Notes: generated from the sequence alone by a model not told the origin. A stretch of DNA of 64,000 nt from an uncultured delta proteobacterium (GCA_963815115.1 CAWFFN010000012.1:32001-96000); one strand, 5' to 3'; positions 47,701 through 58,929 are shown, numbered from the stretch's first letter. Translations and numbers: made by a program.

Positions 47701-48280
47701 CGACGTCAACATCCTGGTGCTGGACACCGAGGTGTACTCGAACACGGGGGGCCAGCAGTCGAAGGCCACGCCCCTGGGCGCCGCCGCCAAGTTCGCCTCG
47801 GCGGGGAAGCGGACGCCGAAGAAGGATCTGGGGCTGATGGCCATGGCGAGCGGCCACGCCTACGTCGCGCGCATCGCGATCGGGGCCCGCGACGCGCAGG
47901 CCCTGCGCGTCTTCCAGGAAGCCGAGTCCTATCCGGGGCCTTCGCTGATCATCGCCTTCAGCCCGTGCATCGCCCACGGCTACGACCTGCGCTTCGGCGC
48001 CGAGCAGCAGAAGCGCGCCGTCGAGTCGGGGTACTGGCCGGTCTACCGCTACGATCCGCGCCGGCTCGTGCAGGGCGAGTCCCCGCTCGTCCTCGAGTCC
48101 GGGCCGGTGAAGCGCCCGCTCGCGGACTACGTCGGCCAGGAGGCGCGCTTCCGGATCGTCGAGCAGCAGGACCCGGCCGCGTTCCGCGAGCTCATGGCCA
48201 CCGCCGAGCGGGAGCTGCACAACCGGATCGCGCTCTACGAGGCCCTGGCGCACCTCGCCGTGCCGGGGCCGGCGGCATGA
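44741..48280 (+). CDS. nifJ: Pyruvate:ferredoxin/flavodoxin oxidoreductase
   Basis: YPITPS, MQSEGGAAG, DGFRTSHE, two CxxCxxCxxxCP, SGACAGCGE, GGDGWAYDIG, NTGGQ. Confidence 0.96.
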   Translation: MSALHTLDGNEAVASVAHRLSEVIAIYPITPSSPMGELADEWSAAGRANIWGGVPTVVEMQSEGGAAGAVHGALQAGALTTTFTSSQGLLLMIPNLYKIAGELTACCLHVAARTLATHALSIFGDHSDVMACRQTGVALLASGSVQEAHDLAAIAHAATLETRIPFLHFFDGFRTSHELSKIALLDDDALHGLIDADAVAAHRARALTPDHPVLRGTAQNPDTFFQAREAANLFYDACPARTQAVMDRFATQTRRAYHLFDYVGHPEADRVLVLMGSGAETAHATVEWLVSRGERVGVLKVRLFRPFSGADFVAALPPTVRGIAVLDRTKEPGALGEPLYLDVLAALAESGRMPATVTGGRYGLGSKEFTPAMVQAVLCELDAPAPRRHFTVGIVDDVTGLSLAVADDLDIEPTDEVRAVFYGLGSDGTVGANKNSIKILTEDADRFGQGYFVYDSKKAGAVTVSHLRFGPRPIRAPYLVRRAQFVACHQFGFLDRLDVLAVAAPGATVLLNAPYGPEAVWDHLPREVQETLLEKRLRLFVVDAYGLARELGLGGRINAVTQAAFFALAGVLPPDTAVARIKTAIAKTYERKGAAVVERNCAAVDATLAALHEVQLPGRADATRARPPVVALEAPEFVQRVTAALLAGHGDLLPVSAFPVDGTWPLGTARWEKRALAREVPVWDAALCIQCNKCALMCPHAAIRAKVYSPEARAAAPPTFKATPYRAGEFRGLDYTIQLAPDDCTGCGLCVEVCPAKDRANPRHKAIDMVPQEPLAEPERANYAFFLALPEPDRTVAPRDVKGSQLLEPLFEYSGACAGCGETSYVKVLTQLFGDRALIANATGCSSIYGGNLPTTPFTTNGDGRGPAWSNSLFEDNAEFGLGFRLAVDQHAARARALLRELSGTLGDAPVGELLDAAQVDEAGIAAQRARVVTLRARLRGVDRPVARELERLADYLVRKSVWIVGGDGWAYDIGYGGLDHVLSLGRDVNILVLDTEVYSNTGGQQSKATPLGAAAKFASAGKRTPKKDLGLMAMASGHAYVARIAIGARDAQALRVFQEAESYPGPSLIIAFSPCIAHGYDLRFGAEQQKRAVESGYWPVYRYDPRRLVQGESPLVLESGPVKRPLADYVGQEARFRIVEQQDPAAFRELMATAERELHNRIALYEALAHLAVPGPAA

Positions 48281-49275
48281 ACCTCTCCACCACCTATCTC
48301 GGCTTCACGCTCCCGCACCCGCTCATGCCGGGTGCGTCTCCGCTGGTCGACGACCTGGGCACCGTGCGGCGGCTGGAGGACGCGGGCGCGGCCGCGATCG
48401 TGATGCACTCGCTCTTCGAGGAGCAGATCGCGGCCGAGGAGCAGGTTGCGAGCCAGATCGCCGCGCACGGCGACTCCTTCGGGGAGGCGCTGAGCTACCT
48501 GCCGGAGTCCCCGGCGTTCGCGCTCGGACCGGACCGCTATCTCGAGCAGCTCCGCCGCATCCGCGAGGCCGTCGCCGTGCCAGTGATCGCCTCGCTGAAC
48601 GGCGTGACGTCGGCCGGGTGGCTCGAATACGCCCGCCTGCTGGAGGAGGCGGGCGCGCATGCCCTCGAGCTGAACGTGTATCACCTCGCCACGGATCCCG
48701 CCGAGACCGCGAGCCGGGCCGAGGCGCGCGTCCTCGACGTGCTGCGCGCCGTCCGCGGCGCCGTGCGCGTCCCCCTCGCGGTCAAGCTGTCCCCGTTCTA
48801 CTCGGCCTTCGCCCACCTGGCGGCCGAGCTGGACGGGCTCGGCGCCGACGGCCTGGTCCTCTTCAACCGGTTCTATCAGCCCGACATCGATCCCGAAGCG
48901 CTCGAGGTCGTGCCGGCGCTGCAGCTCTCCGATTCCTCGGAGCTCCGGCTCCGGCTGCGCTGGCTCGCCGTCCTGCACGGCCGCATCCGCCCGGCCCTCG
49001 CGGCGAGCGGCGGCGTCCACACCGGCCTCGATGCTCTCAAGGCGGTGCTGGCCGGCGCGCACGCCGTGCAGATGGTCTCGGCGCTGTTGCGCCATGGTCC
49101 CGGACACCTCGCCGTGGTGCGGGCCGAGCTCGAGCGGTGGCTCGAGGAGCACGAGTACGATTCGCTCGCCCAGGCGCAGGGGAGCATGAGCCTGCTGCGC
49201 TGTCCGGATCCGGCGGCCTTCGAGCGCGCGAACTACCTGCACGTGCTCCAGAGCTGGCGGGGCGTCGAGAGCTAG
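48277..49275 (+). CDS. Dihydroorotate dehydrogenase-like FMN protein (nifJ-associated family)
   Basis: MNLSTTYLG, SLFEEQI, ELNVY, VKLSPF, FNRFYQPDID, GGVH, FERANY; ATGA overlap with nifJ. Confidence 0.85.
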   Translation: MNLSTTYLGFTLPHPLMPGASPLVDDLGTVRRLEDAGAAAIVMHSLFEEQIAAEEQVASQIAAHGDSFGEALSYLPESPAFALGPDRYLEQLRRIREAVAVPVIASLNGVTSAGWLEYARLLEEAGAHALELNVYHLATDPAETASRAEARVLDVLRAVRGAVRVPLAVKLSPFYSAFAHLAAELDGLGADGLVLFNRFYQPDIDPEALEVVPALQLSDSSELRLRLRWLAVLHGRIRPALAASGGVHTGLDALKAVLAGAHAVQMVSALLRHGPGHLAVVRAELERWLEEHEYDSLAQAQGSMSLLRCPDPAAFERANYLHVLQSWRGVES

Positions 49276-49300
49276 CACCGCACCGGATCGCGCGCTCGCC

Positions 49301-50785
<1,485 letters not shown>

Positions 50786-50806
50786 CGGCCCCGGGCCGCC
50801 GCCGCG

Positions 50807-52705
50807 CTACCGGCGCATCGCGGACATCTGCAACGGTCGGAGCATCGCGCGCTTCTTGTTCTGGTGTGCCTGCATGCGGCGCAGGATGTCGTCGAGCACC
50901 CGCACCGCGCTGGTGAGGTGGGCGCCCTTGTTGAGCATCACGCACTCCGCGCGCTCGCCCATCGCCGCGTCGGTGATCTCGGCACGCGACGGGGTCCCGG
51001 TCTTGGCGAGATTCTCGAGGACCGCGGTGGCCCAGATGACCGGAACGTGCGCCGCCTCGCACATCCAGAGCATCTCTTCCTGTACCTCGGCGAGGCGCTC
51101 GTAGCCGCACTCCACGGCGAGGTCCCCGCGCGCGATCATCACACCGATGGCTTGATTGTGCATCGCCGCGAGCAGCAGGCTCGGCAGGCGATCGAAGGCG
51201 GCGCGGGTCTCGATCTTGAGGACGATGCCGAGGTGCTCGGCATCGAGGCGCCGGAGCTCCGTGCGGAGGTCGCGCACGTCCTCGGGCCGGTTCACGAACG
51301 AGAGACCGACCATGTCGGCGAGACGCACGACGACCGCGAGATCCGCGATGTCCTTCGCGGTGAGCGCCGGCAGCCGCAGCGAGCTGTCCGGCAGGTTGAT
51401 CCCCTTGTCGGCACGCAGCTTGCCGCCATCGGGTGGAACCTGGGTGATCCGCACCCGGAGCCCCTCGGCGTCGCTCGCGTCCACGATGCCGCCGATCTTG
51501 CCGTCGTCGAACCAGATGCGCTCTCCCGGGCGTACGTTGCCCAGGACCTGCGGCAGGGTGCACGGGATGGATGCCGGTCGGAGGAGCGTCCCGTCCTCGC
51601 CATGGCGTGCCGGTCGTCCGGGAGCCGGATCGCGCGTCACCACCAGCGTGTCGCCGGTTCCGAGGAGCAGGAACGCCGCATCTGCGGGGAGGGCGCCGAT
51701 CCTGGCGTCGGCGCCCGCTCCCGCCTCGGCGCCCGAGGTGTGGCGCAGCTCGACCGGCTCGCCGGCATCCAGGTACGCCGTCTGCTCGGCCAGCGCCCAG
51801 CGACCCCCCCGCGCCCCCTCCCCGACGGTCAGGTGCCGTGGCTTGCCGCGCAGGTCGTGCAGGACGAGGCGGTCACCCTGGGAGAGGCGTTGGCCCCAGC
51901 CCTCCGGCACGGTGAGCACGCCCTCGGCCCGCCCGGGCGGCGGCACGGGGGCTTCACGTGCCGTCAACCAGACGCGTGCCGGCGAGATCACCTCGCCACG
52001 GACGTTGCGCTTCGGGCGCCACCTGAGCACCTGCGATTCGGGTGCGATCGGCCCCGTGCGGAGCTTGGGACCGGCGAGATCCATCAGGACACGACAGTCC
52101 CGGCCGAGCGCGGAGCGCGCGGCCGCGAGATGGGCCACCATCGCCGCCCACGCCTCCGGACCGTCGTGGGCACAGTTGATCCGCGCGCAGTCCATGCCGT
52201 TGGCCAGCAGCTCGTGGATCAGTGTCCCGTCTTCTGCTGCCTCGCTCGGCATCGTCACGAGGATACGAACCGCCCGCCCGGGCGGCTTCGACCCGAGCAG
52301 TGCGGCCGTATGCTGGTGAAGGAGGGCCTTGCCGGCCGCAAAGTCCACCGCGTCGCCGTCCGTCCCCGTCCAGCGCCGGCCGACCAGATGGTGCAGGATC
52401 TTCAGGACGGTGACCAGGTTGTCGAGCACGTGGGCTTCGGTGCGTCCGAGCGAGGACAGGCCGAGCGAGGCGAGGCGCTTCTGGACCTCTCGGATGTCGT
52501 GCTGCCGCAACGCCACGTAGTGCAGGAGGTTCCGCGCGCTGTCGCGATAGGACTGATGCTGGTCCCGGAGATCCTCGTCGAGGGCATGCTCCACGAGAAG
52601 ACAGCGGGTACGGGTGGCCTCGAGCTCGTCGATGAGCTCTGCCAGCACGTGGGAATCCCACGGAACGGCCGCCTCGAGCACGGCTCGACGGAGTGCATCA
52701 GCCAT
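50807..52705 (-). CDS. pyk: Pyruvate kinase (long form with enlarged B domain)
   Basis: RINCAHD, MDLAGPKLRTG, KGINLP, LKIET, MIARGDLAVE, WATAVLE, ECVMLNKG. Confidence 0.88.
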   Translation of the reverse strand: MADALRRAVLEAAVPWDSHVLAELIDELEATRTRCLLVEHALDEDLRDQHQSYRDSARNLLHYVALRQHDIREVQKRLASLGLSSLGRTEAHVLDNLVTVLKILHHLVGRRWTGTDGDAVDFAAGKALLHQHTAALLGSKPPGRAVRILVTMPSEAAEDGTLIHELLANGMDCARINCAHDGPEAWAAMVAHLAAARSALGRDCRVLMDLAGPKLRTGPIAPESQVLRWRPKRNVRGEVISPARVWLTAREAPVPPPGRAEGVLTVPEGWGQRLSQGDRLVLHDLRGKPRHLTVGEGARGGRWALAEQTAYLDAGEPVELRHTSGAEAGAGADARIGALPADAAFLLLGTGDTLVVTRDPAPGRPARHGEDGTLLRPASIPCTLPQVLGNVRPGERIWFDDGKIGGIVDASDAEGLRVRITQVPPDGGKLRADKGINLPDSSLRLPALTAKDIADLAVVVRLADMVGLSFVNRPEDVRDLRTELRRLDAEHLGIVLKIETRAAFDRLPSLLLAAMHNQAIGVMIARGDLAVECGYERLAEVQEEMLWMCEAAHVPVIWATAVLENLAKTGTPSRAEITDAAMGERAECVMLNKGAHLTSAVRVLDDILRRMQAHQNKKRAMLRPLQMSAMRR

Positions 52706-52739
52706 GCCACCCCGGAAATGCAGACCCCCGGGGGCGAGT

Positions 52740-52755
52740 TTCCCAAGTGTGAGAG
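52740..52755. promoter_or_regulatory. Putative bEBP UAS
   Basis: TTCCCA-AGTG-TGAGAG, centre ~75 bp upstream of +1. Confidence 0.62.
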
Positions 52756-52796
52756 AGTCCGGAAGCTCGGACCATGATCACGCGGAGGGCGGGGAC

Positions 52797-52812
52797 TGGA
52801 GCGTCGCTTGCT
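52797..52812 (+). promoter_or_regulatory. sigma54 promoter
   Basis: TGGAGCG-TCGC-TTGCT; predicted +1 ~52823, ATG 52822. Confidence 0.62.
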
Positions 52813-52821
52813 ATCTCCAAC

Positions 52822-53481
52822 ATGACCACTCGGGCCGCGCCGGTCGGGGACGGCTCCCCCGGCGCCAAGCGCTGGTTCTTCGACGTCTGGTCGCGCTTCT
52901 ACGACCTGCCGGTCGTTCAGCGGCTCACGTATCGGCCGGTGCACGATGAGATCCTGGGCGTGCTCGGGGACGGGCAGTCGAAGATGCTGCTCGATCTGGG
53001 ATGCGGAACCGGGCTCCTCTCGCGGCGGGTCCGGCATGAGCTTCCGGGCATGCGGGTCGTCGGCTGCGACTTCTCATACGGCATGCTCCGGCGGGCCATG
53101 GTTGCGGGCGAGGACAGCGGCTGGGTGCAGGGGGATGCGACGCGCTTGCCGTTCCGCGGCGGATGCTTCGACGCGGTCGTGTCGACCGAGTCGTTCCACT
53201 GGTTTCCCGACCAGCCCGCCGCCCTCGCCGAGTGCTTCCGTGTGCTCGCCCCCGGGGGTCGCTTGCTCGTGGCGCTGGTGAATCCGCCCGCCACACAGGT
53301 GAGCGACGCCGTGTACCTGGGCTCTCGCCTCGTGGGCGAGCCCTTCTACTGGCCGACGCGGCAGCGCATGTGCGCGATGGTGGAAGCCGCCGGGTTCCGC
53401 GTCGCGATGCAGCGGCGCGTGTATCGCCTGCCCGCCGGGATCTTGCTGCCGCCGGTGCTCACGGTCGCCGTCCGGCCCTAG
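52822..53481 (+). CDS. Class I SAM-dependent methyltransferase
   Basis: LLDLGCGTG, GCDFSYGML, GDATRLPF, RVLAPGG. Confidence 0.88.
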   Translation: MTTRAAPVGDGSPGAKRWFFDVWSRFYDLPVVQRLTYRPVHDEILGVLGDGQSKMLLDLGCGTGLLSRRVRHELPGMRVVGCDFSYGMLRRAMVAGEDSGWVQGDATRLPFRGGCFDAVVSTESFHWFPDQPAALAECFRVLAPGGRLLVALVNPPATQVSDAVYLGSRLVGEPFYWPTRQRMCAMVEAAGFRVAMQRRVYRLPAGILLPPVLTVAVRP

Positions 53482-53529
53482 CGCACCATCGGGCCCGTCG
53501 GCGGGGCTTCCCCGATGGTGCGCGGCCGC

Positions 53530-54954
53530 TCAGGCGGCGAACGAGTCGCGGTTCGCCAGGCGGCAGAGCGTCGCGAACTCCTCCCGGACCGCCCCGGCGA
53601 AATCGTGCAGGTCGGGCATGGCGTCCCAGTCGGCATTGAAGCCCCAGAAGAGATCGCCCGCGTAGCTGAAGAGCGCCACCCCGACCCCCTGGTTCTGGAA
53701 CAGGGGCACCATGGGATACGTCTCGCGCAGTGGCGCCTCGAGCAGGAAGAGCGGAACCTGGGGACCCGGCACGTTGGTCACCACCAGGTTGTATGCCAGA
53801 CGCCGGGTCGCCAGACGGATGATCTGGCTCAGGACGGCCGTGGCGGTCCAGTCGCCGATCGCCTCGATGAGCTCGGCACCCTGCACGGCACGCGACTCCT
53901 TCTGCCGCGTCGTCGCATCCACCACGCGGCGATAGCGGGTCGCGGGATCACGCTCGCCGATCGGGAGCTGGGCGACGAAGTTCGCGACCCGGTTGCCGAG
54001 CTCGCCGTGATGCGCGGTCGTGCGCAGGCTCACGGGCACCATGGCGCGGAAGTCGAGGCCCTCGACGCTCGTGCCGCGGGCTTCGAGAAAGCGCCGCGCG
54101 GCCCCGACGACGGTCGCGAGGATGACGTCGTTCACGGTTCCGCCCAGGCTGTTCTTCACCGCCTTCACGTCGTCCAGCCCCAGACGGAGCCAGTCGAATC
54201 GCCGGTGGGGACCGATCGGAAGATTGAGCGGCGTGGGCGACGCGGGCCAGCTCCCGGGGCCGAGCGCTTCGAGCACACCGAGGCCACTCTCCCGGGCCGC
54301 GGCGAGCGCTCGCATCGGCTCCGCCAGCGCGCGCACACCGGAGCTCACGACCCCCGCCGCCCCGGCCACACGGCGGCGCAGCTCGCTCGCGAGGAGCTCC
54401 CGGGGCGTGGGGGCGGGGCGTGGGCGCCACGATGGACCGGGCTCCGACGTCCCGGTGGGGCCGGGTGAGAGGACGGCCGTCAGCAGATCCATTCCCGAGA
54501 TGCCGTCGACCATCGCGTGATGGACCTTGGCCACCAGCGCGAACCGGCCGCCCTCCACGCCCTCGATGACCCAGATCTCCCAGAGCGGCTTCGTGCGATC
54601 GAGCTTCTGCGAAAGGATGCGACCGCACAGGCGCTTGAGCTGCCGTTCTGCCCCGGGACGCGGGAGCGCCGTGTGCCGCACGTGGTAGAAGAGGTTGAAG
54701 CGGTCGTCGTCCACCCAGACGGGGTGGCCCTCGAGGGGGACGTACGCCAATCGCTGACGGTAGCGCGGGATCAGGTGCAGCCGCGATTCGATGAAGGCCC
54801 GGATGCGCTCCATCTGCAGCCCACCGTGCGCCGTGCGCAGGGGCGCCTCGTCGAAGAGAAGGGCAGCGGCGACGTGCATGTGGCTGCTCTCGTCCTCGAT
54901 CTCGAGGAAGGACGCATCGAGGGCCGATAGACGCTCGTAGTGTGCAGCGGCCAT
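53530..54954 (-). CDS. WS/DGAT #2
   Basis: LSALDASFL, LDRTKPLWE, HHAMVDG, TVNDVIL, VTNVPGP; GGAGG SD. Confidence 0.93.
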   Translation of the reverse strand: MAAAHYERLSALDASFLEIEDESSHMHVAAALLFDEAPLRTAHGGLQMERIRAFIESRLHLIPRYRQRLAYVPLEGHPVWVDDDRFNLFYHVRHTALPRPGAERQLKRLCGRILSQKLDRTKPLWEIWVIEGVEGGRFALVAKVHHAMVDGISGMDLLTAVLSPGPTGTSEPGPSWRPRPAPTPRELLASELRRRVAGAAGVVSSGVRALAEPMRALAAARESGLGVLEALGPGSWPASPTPLNLPIGPHRRFDWLRLGLDDVKAVKNSLGGTVNDVILATVVGAARRFLEARGTSVEGLDFRAMVPVSLRTTAHHGELGNRVANFVAQLPIGERDPATRYRRVVDATTRQKESRAVQGAELIEAIGDWTATAVLSQIIRLATRRLAYNLVVTNVPGPQVPLFLLEAPLRETYPMVPLFQNQGVGVALFSYAGDLFWGFNADWDAMPDLHDFAGAVREEFATLCRLANRDSFAA

Positions 54955-54973
54955 GTGAGCCTCCCGAGGTACT

Positions 54974-54989
54974 ACCAAACGCCGTGCCG
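54974..54989 (-). promoter_or_regulatory. sigma54 promoter (GG variant at -12)
   Basis: CGGCACG-GCGT-TTGGT. Confidence 0.55.
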
Positions 54990-55030
54990 TGGCAGCGGAG
55001 TCCGGCCGGGCGCTCCTCGACGGCCCGCCG

Positions 55031-55046
55031 TTCCCACGCATGCGAC
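55031..55046. promoter_or_regulatory. Putative bEBP UAS
   Basis: TTCCCA-CGCA-TGCGAC, centre ~75 bp from +1. Confidence 0.62.
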
Positions 55047-55119
55047 GCGGGCGTCCGGCGTGAAGCACGCCTGGGAATGGTGCCACCCCGGAGGGGCCCT
55101 GACACGCAGAAGTCGCAGG

Positions 55120-55977
55120 CTATCGCGGCGGGGTCTGGTCTCCCGGACCGGGCCGCCCCGTGCCGCCGGCCACCCAGTGCATCGCCCGCGTCGCCCAGTG
55201 GACGAGACTGTCGGCGACGCCGGGCGCGAGCGCGGCGAGCTTCTCCAGGGTGGCGGCCCCCGGGGGCACCGAGACCTCCACCAGCCCGAAGCGGACGGCG
55301 GCGAACACCGCCCACACCACCCACGACGGCGGCATGTTCAGCGCGCTCGGCCAGAGGTCGAGAAACTCCGGGTCACCTGCCACCGCGTCGACCATCGGGG
55401 TCTCGACCACGCCCGGCAGCACGAGGGAGACGTGCACCGGTCCACCGTGGAGCTCCGTCCGCAGCGCCTCGGTGAGGCCGACGAGCGCGAACTTGGTGGC
55501 GCAGTATCCTCCCAGGGGCGACACGCCCCGCCGGCCGGCCAGGGAGGCCACGTTGACGATGGAGCCCCCGCCCTGGGCGCGCATGGAGGGGACGGCCTCC
55601 TGCATCACGAAGAGCGCGCCGAAGAGATTGACCCGTAGCATGGTGTCGAGGTCCGCGGCGTCGAGCTCGAGCACGTGCGCGGGGATCAGGATGCCGGCGT
55701 TGTTCACCACCACGTCGACCCGGCCGAAGCGCTCCTGCACCCTCGCGAAGCAGCCCCGGACCTGGGCACGGTCGCCGACGTCTGCCGCAGCGACGAGGGC
55801 TTCCGCTCCCTGGGCGCGGACCAGCTCGGCCACCTCCTCGAGCACCTGCTGGCGCCGTGCGACCAGCGCCACTCGCGCTCCGGCGGCGGCGAAGGCCAGC
55901 GCGGTGGCGCGCCCGATGCCGCTCGACGCGCCGGTGACGACCACCACCTTGCCCCGGAAGCTCTCGAACCACGTCAT
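55120..55977 (-). CDS. Short-chain dehydrogenase/reductase
   Basis: TGASSGIG, NNAG, YCATK. Confidence 0.92.
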   Translation of the reverse strand: MTWFESFRGKVVVVTGASSGIGRATALAFAAAGARVALVARRQQVLEEVAELVRAQGAEALVAAADVGDRAQVRGCFARVQERFGRVDVVVNNAGILIPAHVLELDAADLDTMLRVNLFGALFVMQEAVPSMRAQGGGSIVNVASLAGRRGVSPLGGYCATKFALVGLTEALRTELHGGPVHVSLVLPGVVETPMVDAVAGDPEFLDLWPSALNMPPSWVVWAVFAAVRFGLVEVSVPPGAATLEKLAALAPGVADSLVHWATRAMHWVAGGTGRPGPGDQTPPR

Positions 55978-56071
55978 GGCTGTCCCCCTCGCCGATATCG
56001 AAACCTCTTGCGCGCGGCAAGCTCGGCCGCGTCTCCACGTGAGGCGCCGCCTGCTGGCGCACCGCGCGCGG

Positions 56072-58675
56072 TCACCGGCACACCCCGCTCGCGATCAGTG
56101 CGTCGACCTCGCCGGCGCGGAGTCCGAGCACCTGCACCAGGACCTCCCTGGTATGCGCGCCGAGCAGCGGCGCGGGTGCAGGGGACGACGTCCGCATGCG
56201 GCTCATTCGAACCGGATTCGCGGTGTGGCGCGCAGGGCCGACCTCGGGGTGCACGATGCTGACGAGCGCGCTTCGCGCAGCGAGGTGCGGATCGGCACGA
56301 TGCTCGTCCGGGCCCTGCACGGGCATGGCGGAAACCCCGGCAGATTGTAGCGTGGCAGCCGCCGCCTCGGGTGCTCGCGCGCGCGTCCACGCCGCGACCC
56401 GTTCGTCGAGGTCCGTGCGGGCGGAGAGACGGGCGTCGAGCGTCGCGAGCCCCGGCTGGTGGGGCCATCCGAGGGCTCGGCGGAAGCGCTCCCACGCGTC
56501 GTCTCCGGCGACCGCGATGGCGCACCAGCGATCGTCGCCGGCGCATGGATAGACGCCGTGCGGGCAGGCGTAGTCGACCGCATTGCCTTGCTGGCGAGTC
56601 GGCCGGAGCGTGAGCGCCGCCTCGAGATAGAACTCGCCCATCAGGTAGGCGACCGTTTCGGTCTGGGCGAGCTCGATGAACTGTCCTTCGCCCGTCCGGC
56701 GCCGGTGCTCGAGCGCCGCCAGCACGGCGACCGCGCCGAGCTTGCTCGCGATGTGGTCGGGGTGGTTGAGCGACGATCCGGCCGGGTAGGGCGCATCGGG
56801 ATGGTTCCACAGCCAGGTCGCCCCTGCGAACGCCGCAGCGATCGGCCCGAACGCCGGGGCCTCGCCGAGCGGTCCGCCCCGCCCGTAGCCCTGTGACGCC
56901 ACGTAGACGACCGCGGGCTGCACCCGCCGCACGTCGGGATAGTCGAGGCCCAGGTTTCGTACCACGCCACCCCGGAGGTTCTCGACGACGACGTCGGCGC
57001 TCGCACAGAGCTGCAGGGCGATCTCGCGGGCTCGCGCGGCGCGCAGGTCGAGGCAGACGCTCTTCTGGCCGCGACAGTCGTCGTTGAACGGAAACGCGGT
57101 ATTCGGGTTGTCGAGCTCCGGCGTCAGGCGCCGCATGAAGTCCAGGTTCGTCCGCGACTCGATCTTGATCACCTCGGCGCCGAATTCTCGCAGCAGCCAG
57201 CAGAGCTCCGGCCCGACCGCGCCGACCCCGAGGTTGATGACGCGCATTCCGGCGAGCACCGGCGCGGCCGGGGTCTCGTCGGGAGCCCGGCTCCCCGGAG
57301 GGTGCTCGCCGGCGGTGGTTCGTCTCGGGGCGAAGCCGTGCACGTCGTCCTCGCCGGGCGCAGGAGCCGGGCGGCGGAGACCCGGCGGGGTGACCGACAG
57401 GCGCCAGGGAGCCGAGGCCAGCGGAGCGTCGCCGAGGTGTGGGAATCCCGAGCTGTGGAAGTAGTTGCGCGCGCACGTTTGGGGCGCGGCGACGAACTCC
57501 TCCGGCGTGTTGACGGGAGTCATCGGGACCCCGAGCCGCAGCGCCGTCTCGAGCACCTCGTCGCGTGACCGCGAGCGTAGTGCGCGTCCGGCGAGCAGGC
57601 GCGCCGTCCCGAGCAACCCGTGCACCAGGGAGAGGGTGAGCCCGGGCAGGGCAACGAGGCGCGAGGCGCCGAGCACGGCGCCGTTGGCCAGCCCGAGCGC
57701 CTGGAACGGGAGCGACTCGAGCCACGCCCCGGCGGCTCCCGCGATGCCGGAGCCGGGCTGCGACTCGGTGAGGTGTCTCGAGGTAGGCGGTTGGCGTTCC
57801 GACCCGGCCGCCGGGGCTGCGGGCGGGCCATCCCAGAGCAGCCGGGCAAAAGCGGCGAGCTGCCGCGGCGTGCCGGGGACTGCCCGCACGTGGCCGTCGC
57901 GTGTCGGAAGGACGAGATAGGCACCGTCGCCGTCGCGCGGCGCCGAGCTGGGAAACAAGGGAAAGCGGCGCGCGTAGTCGCCGAGGGGGATCGACCAGGG
58001 ATCGAGCCCGTTGAGGGCCGCTTCCTGGACCGACACCTCGACGGTCTGACCCGTTCCGTGCCGGGTTCGGTCGAGCACGGCGGCAAGCGCGCCGGCGACG
58101 GCGAAGATCGAGGCACAGTCGTGGGCAAGATATCCGGGGAGCCAGCACGGCGGCAGCTCGGAAAGCCCGGAGCCGTGCAGGGCGCCGCTGGCGGCGAACG
58201 CGGCGAGCGGCTCGAGCCGCCATCCCGCACGCGGGCCGGAGAGGCCGAAGTCCGAGATCGCGACGTGGACGAGATGGGGATGCCGCGCGCGCACCTCGTC
58301 GGGCGTCAGGTGGTGGCGGGCCTGCTCCGCGGGCCCCAGGTTCTCGATCAGGATGTCGGCCTGCGCGCAGAGGTGGTCGAGGCGTTCGCGGCCCCGCGCG
58401 CTCTCGAGATCGAGGACCGCGCCGCGCTTGCCGGCGTTGCGGTAGAGGAACGGCAGCGAGCGGTCGGGCGCCACCTGGTTGCCGGCGAACGGCGGGCGCA
58501 GGCGTCCCGGGTCGCCGCCCGGAGGCTCGACCTTCACGACCTCGGCCCCGAGCTCGGCGAGCATCCGGCCGGCGAGCGCGCCGCGCAGATCCGCGAGGTC
58601 GACGACTCCGAGGTGCTCGAGCGCGGCGCAGGGGCCGGGTCCCGCCGCTTGCCTCGTCGCTGGCTGGCCGCTCAT
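56072..58675 (-). CDS. Family III (CaiB/BaiF) CoA-transferase, tandem domains
   Basis: LAELGAEVVKVEPP..D..R; second domain FGAEVIKIES; ADVVVEN; GEGQFIE; APLLGAHT. Confidence 0.88.
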   Translation of the reverse strand: MSGQPATRQAAGPGPCAALEHLGVVDLADLRGALAGRMLAELGAEVVKVEPPGGDPGRLRPPFAGNQVAPDRSLPFLYRNAGKRGAVLDLESARGRERLDHLCAQADILIENLGPAEQARHHLTPDEVRARHPHLVHVAISDFGLSGPRAGWRLEPLAAFAASGALHGSGLSELPPCWLPGYLAHDCASIFAVAGALAAVLDRTRHGTGQTVEVSVQEAALNGLDPWSIPLGDYARRFPLFPSSAPRDGDGAYLVLPTRDGHVRAVPGTPRQLAAFARLLWDGPPAAPAAGSERQPPTSRHLTESQPGSGIAGAAGAWLESLPFQALGLANGAVLGASRLVALPGLTLSLVHGLLGTARLLAGRALRSRSRDEVLETALRLGVPMTPVNTPEEFVAAPQTCARNYFHSSGFPHLGDAPLASAPWRLSVTPPGLRRPAPAPGEDDVHGFAPRRTTAGEHPPGSRAPDETPAAPVLAGMRVINLGVGAVGPELCWLLREFGAEVIKIESRTNLDFMRRLTPELDNPNTAFPFNDDCRGQKSVCLDLRAARAREIALQLCASADVVVENLRGGVVRNLGLDYPDVRRVQPAVVYVASQGYGRGGPLGEAPAFGPIAAAFAGATWLWNHPDAPYPAGSSLNHPDHIASKLGAVAVLAALEHRRRTGEGQFIELAQTETVAYLMGEFYLEAALTLRPTRQQGNAVDYACPHGVYPCAGDDRWCAIAVAGDDAWERFRRALGWPHQPGLATLDARLSARTDLDERVAAWTRARAPEAAAATLQSAGVSAMPVQGPDEHRADPHLAARSALVSIVHPEVGPARHTANPVRMSRMRTSSPAPAPLLGAHTREVLVQVLGLRAGEVDALIASGVCR

Positions 58676-58873
58676 CGATCTCGCCGTGAAAGAGCGCGAC
58701 TATCCGGCCCTGGCCGCTCCAGGGTCAACCGGAGGCGAATCCGTTCTCGTCTCTGGGAAATGTCCTCCGCTCTCGAGAACCGCGCTTTCACGGGTTGCCG
58801 GGCCGGCAACCCGTGAGCCTGCGGCTCGATCTGGCGCTCGGGGGAGAAGGGCGACCTCGAACGAATCGGGGTC

Positions 58874-58889
58874 GTCGCATGGATGCGAA
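58874..58889. promoter_or_regulatory. Putative bEBP UAS
   Basis: GTCGCA-TGGA-TGCGAA, centre ~75 bp upstream of +1; another copy TTCTCG-TCTC-TGGGAA at 58744-58759 near the CoA-transferase start. Confidence 0.62.
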
Positions 58890-58929
58890 TCCCGCGTCGA
58901 TACACGGGCCGCCGAAGCCCCGGAACGCC

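Noticed and set aside
58706-58721. Possible sigma54 promoter for the CoA-transferase (TGGAGCG-GCCA-GGGCC, minus strand)
   Set aside because: Poor -12 element and off-phase spacing to the 58744 palindrome; left uncalled.
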